This document shows positions 18,366 through 26,123 of a stretch of DNA of 64,000 nt, in pieces. How positions within the stretch are numbered: position 1 is the first letter of the stretch; each line of letters opens with the position of its first letter. The translations under genes and the position numbers were made by a program. Origin of the DNA: Phycisphaerales bacterium. Its GTDB lineage: Bacteria > Planctomycetota > Phycisphaerae > Phycisphaerales > UBA1924. The DNA lies in NCBI GenBank assembly GCA_965227775.1, contig OZ245777.1:608001-672000 (forward strand). Reading direction: 5' to 3'. Below the pieces are notes generated by a model that did not search any database, had not been told where the DNA came from, and worked only from the letters and a program-made list of their open reading frames with translations.

Positions 18366-19709
18366 GTGCCAGCTGCCACGTCAGAACCATCAGCCGCCAC
18401 CGCCTCGGAATCCCTCGTCGCACGCCGCCAGAAGGTAGTGTGCTCGGGCGTGGGCATGCTCAGCCCGATGACCGCAGCCAGCGCATCGGGCGCGATCATC
18501 ACCGACGCCAATGGAAGGGAATTCATTGACTTTGCCAGCGGCATCGGCGTGATGAGCGTGGGCCATAGTGACCCCGCCGTCATCGACGCGGTCAAGGCCC
18601 AGGTCGCCAGCCTTCAGCACGCGTGCATCCACGTCGCAACGTACGAGCCCTACGTGGCGTTGTGCGAGAAGCTAGTCGACCTCTTCCCCCACCACGAGCG
18701 GACCGATGACAGCACGAAAGCAATGCTGATCAGCACCGGTGCGGAGGCGGTCGAGAACTGCATCAAGATCGCCCGACAGGCTACCGGCCGCGCGGGCATC
18801 ATTTGTTACACGGGTGGCTTTCACGGCCGGACGCTGCTGGCGGGCACGCTAACGAGCAAGGTGCACCTGAAGCACGGCTGCGGCCCGTACGCGCCGGAGG
18901 TGTATCGCCTGCCCTACCCAAGGCCGCTGCCGGGCGAAACCATCAGCGAGGCCGACCTGGTGGAACGCGAATTGCACCGTCTCAAGCAGGCGTTCCTCGA
19001 CACCGTGGCCGCGTCGCAGGTCGCGGCGATCATCATCGAAGTGGTGCAGGGTGAGGGCGGCTTCAGCGTTGCGCCCAAGGGATATCTCGAGGGCCTGCGG
19101 CGCTTGTGCGACGAGCACGGCATCGTGCTGATCTTCGACGAGGTACAGGCAGGATTCTGCCGCACGGGCGCTTGGGCCTCGTACGACCACTTCGGCGTGA
19201 AGCCCGACCTGAGTCCCTGGGCCAAGGCGATGGGCGGCGGGCTACCAATGGCCTGCGTCATCGGCAAGGCCAGCGTGGTGGACCGCGTGAACCCCGGCAC
19301 GCTTGGCGGCACCTACGGCGGGAACCCGGTCGCGTGCGCCGCGTCTTTGGCGGCTATCGCTCGCATGGAAGAGCTCGACCTCAACGATCGCGCGGCGCGC
19401 ATCGGCGAGATGATCCGCGAACGCTTTGATGTGCTCAAGGACAAGATCACGCAGGTCACCGAAGTGCGCGGCCTCGGCGCCATGATGGCGATCGAGTTCA
19501 GCGAGGGCGGCGACCCGGCCAAGCCCGCACCGGCCATGGCTAAGGCCGTCATCGACGACTGCCGGAGCAAGGGCCTGCTCGTGATCGCAGCGGGCCTGTC
19601 GGGCAACTGCATCCGCGTGCTGACGCCGCTGGTGATCACCGACGACGAGCTGGCACGCGGTCTCGACATCCTGTGCCAGAGCATCGAGCAGCACGCACCA
19701 AACCACTGA
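18366..19709 (+). CDS. gabT: 4-aminobutyrate aminotransferase (class III PLP)
   Basis: FIDFASGIGV, STGAEAVENCIKIAR, FHGRT, EVVQGEGGF, DEVQAGFCRTG, AKAMGGGLP, GGTYGGNP. GTG after AGGAGG. Confidence 0.88.
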   Translation: MPAATSEPSAATASESLVARRQKVVCSGVGMLSPMTAASASGAIITDANGREFIDFASGIGVMSVGHSDPAVIDAVKAQVASLQHACIHVATYEPYVALCEKLVDLFPHHERTDDSTKAMLISTGAEAVENCIKIARQATGRAGIICYTGGFHGRTLLAGTLTSKVHLKHGCGPYAPEVYRLPYPRPLPGETISEADLVERELHRLKQAFLDTVAASQVAAIIIEVVQGEGGFSVAPKGYLEGLRRLCDEHGIVLIFDEVQAGFCRTGAWASYDHFGVKPDLSPWAKAMGGGLPMACVIGKASVVDRVNPGTLGGTYGGNPVACAASLAAIARMEELDLNDRAARIGEMIRERFDVLKDKITQVTEVRGLGAMMAIEFSEGGDPAKPAPAMAKAVIDDCRSKGLLVIAAGLSGNCIRVLTPLVITDDELARGLDILCQSIEQHAPNH

Positions 19710-19736
19710 TCTGTACATCTTGCGAGGTAGTTCCGC

Positions 19737-20747
19737 ATGCGTCCATTTGCCATCGCCGGCCTGCAACTCAAGGTCTCCGGCCGCCGCTCGAACCTCGAGC
19801 ACGTGACCGACCGCATCGAGATGCTCATGCACCTGTATCCGTGGGTGCAGATGGTCGTGGTCAGCGAGCTCGCGACCTTCGGCGGCTGGACCGGACACGC
19901 CATGGCGCTGCCGGGCGACGTTGAGCAGCATTACCAGAGGCTCGCCGCGCGGCACGGCATCTGGCTGCTGCCGGGCTCGCTCTACGAGAAGACCCCCGAA
20001 GGAATCTACAACACTACGCCCGTGATCGATCCGCACGGCATCGTCGTCGCACGGTACCGCAAGATGTTTCCCTTTATGCCGTATGAGACGGGCGTCGAAT
20101 GGGGCACCAAGTTCTGCGTGTTTGATGTTCCGGACGTCGGCCGCTTTGGCGTGAGCATCTGCTACGACATGTGGTTCCCCGAGACCAGCCGGACGCTGGC
20201 TGCGATGGGTGCCGAGGTGCTCCTGCACCCGACGCTGACGCCCACGATGGACCGCGACGTCGAGTTGTCGATCGCGCGTGCGACGGCGGCGATGAACCAG
20301 ATGTTCGTGGTCGACATCAACGGCATCGGTGACGGTGGCAACGGACGGTCGCTCTTCGTGGCACCCTCGGGCGACGTGCTGTATCAGGCCGGCAGCAACG
20401 AGGAGTTGCTGCCCATTGAGATCGATCTCGACCGCGTCCGGCGTTCTCGAGAAGTCGGGTTGAAGGGGCTCGGCCAGCCGCTGAAGAGCTTCCGCGATCG
20501 GCGCGTCGAGTTCGACGTGTACAAGCGCGAGTCCCCCGCCAACGAGTACCTCAACACGCTCGGCTCGCTCGAGAAGATGGCTCGCGGCAGCCGCGCGGGC
20601 ATCGGCTTCGGCGAGCACGCACCGCACGCCGATCAGCCACTCGCGTCATCACCTTCCGCAACTCCCCCGCCGGCTGACGCACCGCATGCTTCCCCACCGC
20701 AGGCTCCTACGTCCGCCCCGGCACCCACTCCTGGAACAACGCCATGA
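19737..20747 (+). CDS. Carbon-nitrogen hydrolase (nitrilase superfamily amidase)
   Basis: Glu-Lys-Cys triad motifs VVSEL, YRKMFPF and ICYDMWFPE. Stop overlaps the next ATG (ATGA). Confidence 0.9.
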   Translation: MRPFAIAGLQLKVSGRRSNLEHVTDRIEMLMHLYPWVQMVVVSELATFGGWTGHAMALPGDVEQHYQRLAARHGIWLLPGSLYEKTPEGIYNTTPVIDPHGIVVARYRKMFPFMPYETGVEWGTKFCVFDVPDVGRFGVSICYDMWFPETSRTLAAMGAEVLLHPTLTPTMDRDVELSIARATAAMNQMFVVDINGIGDGGNGRSLFVAPSGDVLYQAGSNEELLPIEIDLDRVRRSREVGLKGLGQPLKSFRDRRVEFDVYKRESPANEYLNTLGSLEKMARGSRAGIGFGEHAPHADQPLASSPSATPPPADAPHASPPQAPTSAPAPTPGTTP

Positions 20748-23464
20748 CGCGAGCCGGCACGCAACCAGATGCTCCGGCCGGCGATGCACGCCCACAGCGC
20801 CAGCGAGGCCGCCAGTACAGCGCGTTCCAGCTTCGCATGGATACCTGGAACGAGCTCCAGGTTCGCACGACGTGGCTGCGAGAGATGACGCGCGCCGGGC
20901 AGGATCCGGCCGAGCCTCGCGCGCTGGTCGGCGAGAGTCTTGAAGTGCTCGCGAGCCTGGAGCCCTACTGGGCTTTTCCCGGCTCGGCGCGCATGGACGA
21001 GCTTGCGCGTCTGTATGAGGCAGGCGCGACCGGCGAGCTGGCCGATCGGGTGGCGGGCATTAGCCGGCTGCTTATTGGCGACGCTTACCGCGAGCGCGGC
21101 GGCGCGGCGTTCGATGAGCCGGGCCGCGACCACCGCAACGGCGGGCAGGACGCCGAAGCGCGCTCGCGTGCTCGTGGACGGCCCTACTTCGAGGTGCTGT
21201 TCGTCGACGGCACGGACGCGTATGACCACGACTCCCTGAGAGACGGGCTTGCCGCATGCCGGCGAGACTCGGACGAGTTCGTATACGACGTGCTCACGGT
21301 GCCCAGCACGCAGGACGCCGTCATCGCTGCCCTGTTCAACCCGACAATCCAGGCCGTGTTCCTGCGGTACAACTTCGGCTTCTTCACGCAGAACCACCAC
21401 CCGGCCCTGCGTCGCTATCTTGATGCGCTGTCGGCGGAGAAGATGCCCAACAGCTACGGACTTGACCGCAGCCTGCAGCTTGCGAGCGTTCTGAAGAAGC
21501 TGCGACCCGAGCTCGATCTCTACCTCGTGACCGACACGCCGCTCGACTCGGTTGCCGGCAATGTAGGCAGCGCGTTTCGGCGGACGTTCTATCGGCTTGA
21601 GCAGTACATGGAGCAGCACCTCAGTATCTTGCGAGGCGTCCGCGAGCGGTTCGAGACGCCGTTCTTCGACGCGCTTCGCAAGTACGCGGCCAAGCCCACA
21701 GGCGTGTTCCATGCGTTGCCAATTGCTCGCGGCAAGAGCATGACGACCAGCCACTGGGCTAGGGACTTTCACGACTTCTACGGCTCGAACATCTTTCTGG
21801 CCGAGACCAGCGCGACTAGCGGCGGACTTGACTCATTGCTACAGCCCCGCGGGCCCATCCGAAGAGCTCAGGAAGCCGCCGCTCGTGCGTTTGGAGCACG
21901 CCAGACGTTCTTCGTCACGAATGGAACGTCGACGGCCAACAAGATCGTGCAGCAGGCCCTGGTGCAGCCTGGCGACATCGTGCTGGTCGATCGTGACTGC
22001 CACAAGAGCCACCACTACGCGTTCGTGCTGGCCGGGGCACATCCGGTGTACCTGGATTCGTATCCGCTGCAGAAGTACACGATGTACGGCGCTGTGCCGC
22101 TCGAAGAAATCGAACGGCAGTTGATTGCGCTCAAGAACGCCGGCAAGCTCGACCGCGTGCGAATGCTCGTGCTGACCAACTGCACGTTTGATGGCCTGAC
22201 ATACGACCCGATTCGGGTGATGCAGCGCATCCTGGCCATCAAGCCCGACATGATCTTCTTGTGGGATGAGGCGTGGTTTGGCTACGCACGCTTTAGCCCC
22301 GCGCTGCGACGCCGGACGGCGATGGATGCCGCAAGTCGGTTGCGCAAGATGTACCGCAGCGACGAGTATCGCAAGGCCTACGCAAACCGGAGCGAGGCCG
22401 ACGGCCCGATGGCTGATCCGAGCGAGGTGCGTGTCCGTGTCTATGCGACCCAGTCGACGCACAAGACGCTAACGAGCCTCCGGCAAGGCTCCATGATCCA
22501 CGTCTATGACGAAGACTTCGAGCAGCGGGCCAGCGCGGCGCTGCTCGAGGCGCTCATGACCCACACGTCGACCTCGCCCAACTACCAGATCATCGCGTCG
22601 CTCGATGCCGGACGCCGGCAGGTCGAACTCGAGGGCTACGAGCTTGTCGAGAAGACCATCGATCTTGCGATGACGCTGCGCAAGCGAGTCAACGAGCACC
22701 CGGACATATCACGCTTCTTCCGTGTGCTTCGACCGGCCGATATGATCCCGGCCGAGCATCGACCCAGTGGGCTCGAGTTCTACTACCACCCAGAGCAGGG
22801 CTGGGGCCGGATGGACGCGGCGTGGCGCGAGGACGAGTTCACGCTCGACCCGACGCGTGTGACGCTCGAGGTGTGCGCGACGGGCCTGGACGGCGACACG
22901 CTGCGGCACATGCTCATGGATCGCTACGACATCCAGATCAACAAGACCTCGCGTAACTCCATGCTGTTCATGCCCAACATCGGCACGACGCGCGGTGACG
23001 TGGCCTACCTCATCGAGACGCTGGCCGACATCTCACGCCGCGTCGAGGACCAGCTCAGCACCGAGAGCAGCGCGGGCCTCAGCCTACACACGCAGAAGGT
23101 CGATTCGCTGCTCGAGGGGCCGCCGCTGCCGAACTTCAGCCGATTCCACGACGCGTTCCGCGACACCGATTCCACGACGCCCGAGGGTGACCTGCGGCGC
23201 GCGTTCTTCTTGGCATACGACCAGGACAACACGGCATGGGTGAAGCTCGACCGCGACCTGCTGCGGCAGATCAAAGACGGCCGAGAGTTCGTGTCGGCAG
23301 CGTTCGTGACGCCCTATCCGCCGGGATTCCCCATCCTCGTGCCGGGGCAGGTGTTCAGCGCCGAGATCATCGCGTACCTACTCGCGCTGGACGTGAAGGA
23401 GATCCACGGCTATCACACTACGTACGGCTTGCGTGTGTTCGAAGAGCACGTGCTGCAGTCGTGA
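20744..23464 (+). CDS. Large Orn/Lys/Arg decarboxylase-family PLP enzyme (mycobacterial Rv2531c-like architecture)
   Basis: LDSLLQPRG..AQEAAARAFGA..TFFVTNGTSTANK, VDRDCHKSHH, DEAW, TQSTHKTL (PLP Lys), TSTSPNY, PYPPGFP. About 300-aa N-terminal extension. Confidence 0.88.
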   Translation: MTRAGTQPDAPAGDARPQRQRGRQYSAFQLRMDTWNELQVRTTWLREMTRAGQDPAEPRALVGESLEVLASLEPYWAFPGSARMDELARLYEAGATGELADRVAGISRLLIGDAYRERGGAAFDEPGRDHRNGGQDAEARSRARGRPYFEVLFVDGTDAYDHDSLRDGLAACRRDSDEFVYDVLTVPSTQDAVIAALFNPTIQAVFLRYNFGFFTQNHHPALRRYLDALSAEKMPNSYGLDRSLQLASVLKKLRPELDLYLVTDTPLDSVAGNVGSAFRRTFYRLEQYMEQHLSILRGVRERFETPFFDALRKYAAKPTGVFHALPIARGKSMTTSHWARDFHDFYGSNIFLAETSATSGGLDSLLQPRGPIRRAQEAAARAFGARQTFFVTNGTSTANKIVQQALVQPGDIVLVDRDCHKSHHYAFVLAGAHPVYLDSYPLQKYTMYGAVPLEEIERQLIALKNAGKLDRVRMLVLTNCTFDGLTYDPIRVMQRILAIKPDMIFLWDEAWFGYARFSPALRRRTAMDAASRLRKMYRSDEYRKAYANRSEADGPMADPSEVRVRVYATQSTHKTLTSLRQGSMIHVYDEDFEQRASAALLEALMTHTSTSPNYQIIASLDAGRRQVELEGYELVEKTIDLAMTLRKRVNEHPDISRFFRVLRPADMIPAEHRPSGLEFYYHPEQGWGRMDAAWREDEFTLDPTRVTLEVCATGLDGDTLRHMLMDRYDIQINKTSRNSMLFMPNIGTTRGDVAYLIETLADISRRVEDQLSTESSAGLSLHTQKVDSLLEGPPLPNFSRFHDAFRDTDSTTPEGDLRRAFFLAYDQDNTAWVKLDRDLLRQIKDGREFVSAAFVTPYPPGFPILVPGQVFSAEIIAYLLALDVKEIHGYHTTYGLRVFEEHVLQS

Positions 23465-23505
23465 AGCGTGTTTCATCCGCCTCGATCACACCGCCAGGGG
23501 GCTCC

Positions 23506-25065
23506 ATGACCACCGTGACCACGCCGCCCACCGGCCAGCAGCCGAATCTGCAGGCCAATATGGTCAAGTCCAAGCCACTGACGAGCAACGTCGTTAAGCG
23601 CAAGAAGAAGAAGGACACGCTCAAGGGCATCTCGGAGATCCGGCGGTTCTTCCACCGCAACGTGGAACCCATCTACTTCATCAGTGCGACGAACTTCAAT
23701 CTGCTGGGCATCGACGAGTGGGTCCGCAACTTCACGTACATCAACTACATCGACTGCTTCGATAGGCAGCACCCGAACGTCTTCGTGCCCAACGAACGGC
23801 CGCATGAGCCATTCGAGAGCATCGAAGACATCAACAACTACCTGCTGCGCCACCCCGACGTACGCGCACTCATCAAGAACCGCGGAAAGGACCACAAGAC
23901 CAACGGCAAGGCCGTGTTCTTGATGTTCGATGAGACCACCGAGAAGCTCTGCAAGGACCTCGACCTGGAGGTCTGCTTTCCGCCCGCCTCGCTTCGCAGC
24001 CAGGTGGACGACAAGATGGAAACAACGCGCATCGGCAATCGCGCACGCGTGCATAGCGTGCCGAACAAGCTCGTCCGTGTCAAGAGCTACGAGGATCTTC
24101 GCAACAAGACCAAGAAGCTCGGCGACGATGTCGTGATCCAGACCGCCTACGGCGACTCGGGCCACACCACGTTCTTCGTCACGGACGAGGCCGACTTTGC
24201 CAAGCACGAGGCCGACATCACCAGCGCACCAGAAGTGAAGGTGATGAAGCGCATCCGTTGCCGCGGCAGCGCCCTGGAAGCTTGCGTGACGCGACACGGC
24301 ACCATCGTCGGTCCGCTTATGACCGAGCTGGTGGGCTTTAAGGAGCTGACGCCCTACCGCGGCGGCTGGTGCGGAAATGAGGTCTTCGCCGGCGCGTTCG
24401 ACAAGCGCATCCGCAAGAATGCGCGCCGGGCGGCCATGGCCTTCGGCGACGAACTCCGCGAGATGGGCTACCGCGGGTACTTCGAGATCGACTACCTGAC
24501 CGACCTGGATTCGGGCAAGGTATACCTTGGCGAGTGCAACCCGCGCATCACGGGCGCGAGCAGCATGACGAACCTGGCCGCGTTCGCCCACGCCGACGCG
24601 CCACTGTTCCTATTCCACCTGCTCGAATGGATGGGCATCGACTACGAGTTGGACGTCGACGAGCTCAACGATCGCTGGGCCGACCCGCAGAACATCGACA
24701 GCTGGAGCCAGCTGGTTATCAAGCACACCGATGACACAGTTGATCGCATTACGCACGCGCCGCCTACGGGCATCTATGAGCTCGACGCCAAGGGGCAGAT
24801 GCACTACGTGCGCATGCAGACGCACCGGCGGACCGTACAGTTCGAGAATCGCGCGTTCTTCCTGCGGATCAGCAAGCCCGGGGATTATCGATACGAGGGT
24901 GCCGACCTGGGCATCCTGGTGAGCCCGGGCCGCTTCATGGACGAGAACTTCCAGCTCACGCGACGCGCCAAGCAGTGGATCAAGGGCGTGCGGTCGTTCT
25001 ACCGCGGCGACTCGGACTTCGGCGGCGAGGCCGCGCCCGAGCTCACGGGCTTCAAGCTGCTGTGA
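23506..25065 (+). CDS. ATP-grasp amide ligase (often auto-annotated as 'biotin carboxylase')
   Basis: VIQTAYGDSGHTTFF, GYRGYFEIDYL, VYLGECNPRITG. Alternative GTG start at 23461 overlaps the decarboxylase stop (GTGA). Confidence 0.8.
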   Translation: MTTVTTPPTGQQPNLQANMVKSKPLTSNVVKRKKKKDTLKGISEIRRFFHRNVEPIYFISATNFNLLGIDEWVRNFTYINYIDCFDRQHPNVFVPNERPHEPFESIEDINNYLLRHPDVRALIKNRGKDHKTNGKAVFLMFDETTEKLCKDLDLEVCFPPASLRSQVDDKMETTRIGNRARVHSVPNKLVRVKSYEDLRNKTKKLGDDVVIQTAYGDSGHTTFFVTDEADFAKHEADITSAPEVKVMKRIRCRGSALEACVTRHGTIVGPLMTELVGFKELTPYRGGWCGNEVFAGAFDKRIRKNARRAAMAFGDELREMGYRGYFEIDYLTDLDSGKVYLGECNPRITGASSMTNLAAFAHADAPLFLFHLLEWMGIDYELDVDELNDRWADPQNIDSWSQLVIKHTDDTVDRITHAPPTGIYELDAKGQMHYVRMQTHRRTVQFENRAFFLRISKPGDYRYEGADLGILVSPGRFMDENFQLTRRAKQWIKGVRSFYRGDSDFGGEAAPELTGFKLL

Positions 25066-26069
25066 GTCCACCGGCGACCACATCGCGCACGATGCTGTTC
25101 CGCGCGATGCACGACAGCGACGAGCTCGATCGTGCGTTCGAGGCATACTGGCCAGCCTACCAGAAGTGGATGGCCAAAGCGAAGCCAAGGGTGAGCGCCA
25201 AGGCCGCCTGCGAGAAGCTCAGCGAGCACATGCCCGAGCTCGTGCCCGCACACAAGTCCTTGCTCACCCGCTTTGGCGGTGGTGCCGAGATCTCGCGATT
25301 CCTCACGCTCTATCGACCACCACCGCTTGTGCGCGGCTGCACGCAGGCAATCTGGCAGGGCGAGGGTGGCCCGACACTCGTACGCAACTACGACCACGCG
25401 CCACACCTGTCCGATGGCATCGTGCTACACGCCGAGTGGGACGGCGTGAAGACCGTGTGTATGACAGACTGTGTGTTTGGCGCCCTCGACGGCGTGAACG
25501 AGCACGGGCTGTGCGTGGCGCTCGCTTTCGGGGGCAGGCAGGTCTCCGGAGACGGCTTTGCCGCACCGCTTCTCGTTCGCTATGCCTTGCAAGCTTGCAA
25601 GACCGCACCCGAAGCGGCCGAGGCCATCGCGCGGGTCCCGTGCTACATGACGTACACGTTCGTGTGCCTCGATGCCTCGGGCGAGCACGCCACGGTCTAC
25701 GCCGCACCCGACCGACCGAGCCGGATCGACCATGCCACGGCCAGCGCGAACCACCAGGGCAAGGTCGAGTGGCCGCAGTACGCTGCCTCCTGCAAGACTG
25801 TCGAACGACTGCACAAGGCCCAGGACCTGCTCGATGCGAAGGGCCAGACCCTCGAGGGCATGACCCAGGAGTTCTTGCGTCCGCCGCTCTATCGCACGGG
25901 ATACGCCAGGGGCTCGGGCACGCTCTACACCAGCGTGTATCGCCCAGGGGAGCGTGGGCTCGAACTGCGTTGGCCCTCGGCCCGCATGCACCAGTCGGTG
26001 GACCGATTCGAGCCGGGGGCAGTGGAGGCCCAACTCGGCGGCGCACGACTTGCACCGCGGACGACGTGA
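25062..26069 (+). CDS. C45-family autoproteolytic acyltransferase / Ntn-hydrolase
   Basis: G-C cleavage motif VRG|CTQ followed by LVRNYD, LDGVNEHGL and ANHQ. GTG overlaps the upstream TGA. Confidence 0.82.
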   Translation: MSPPATTSRTMLFRAMHDSDELDRAFEAYWPAYQKWMAKAKPRVSAKAACEKLSEHMPELVPAHKSLLTRFGGGAEISRFLTLYRPPPLVRGCTQAIWQGEGGPTLVRNYDHAPHLSDGIVLHAEWDGVKTVCMTDCVFGALDGVNEHGLCVALAFGGRQVSGDGFAAPLLVRYALQACKTAPEAAEAIARVPCYMTYTFVCLDASGEHATVYAAPDRPSRIDHATASANHQGKVEWPQYAASCKTVERLHKAQDLLDAKGQTLEGMTQEFLRPPLYRTGYARGSGTLYTSVYRPGERGLELRWPSARMHQSVDRFEPGAVEAQLGGARLAPRTT

Positions 26070-26123
26070 ACCCGAAGCCTGTGCATCCTGTACCATGGAG
26101 CAGGCCATGAAGGGGGAACGACT

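Noticed and set aside
23506..25065. True biotin carboxylase (accC)
   Set aside because: It lacks the N-terminal ANRGEIA and the RDCS/QRRHQK motifs, and no biotin carrier or carboxyltransferase gene is nearby. Only generic ATP-grasp motifs are present.
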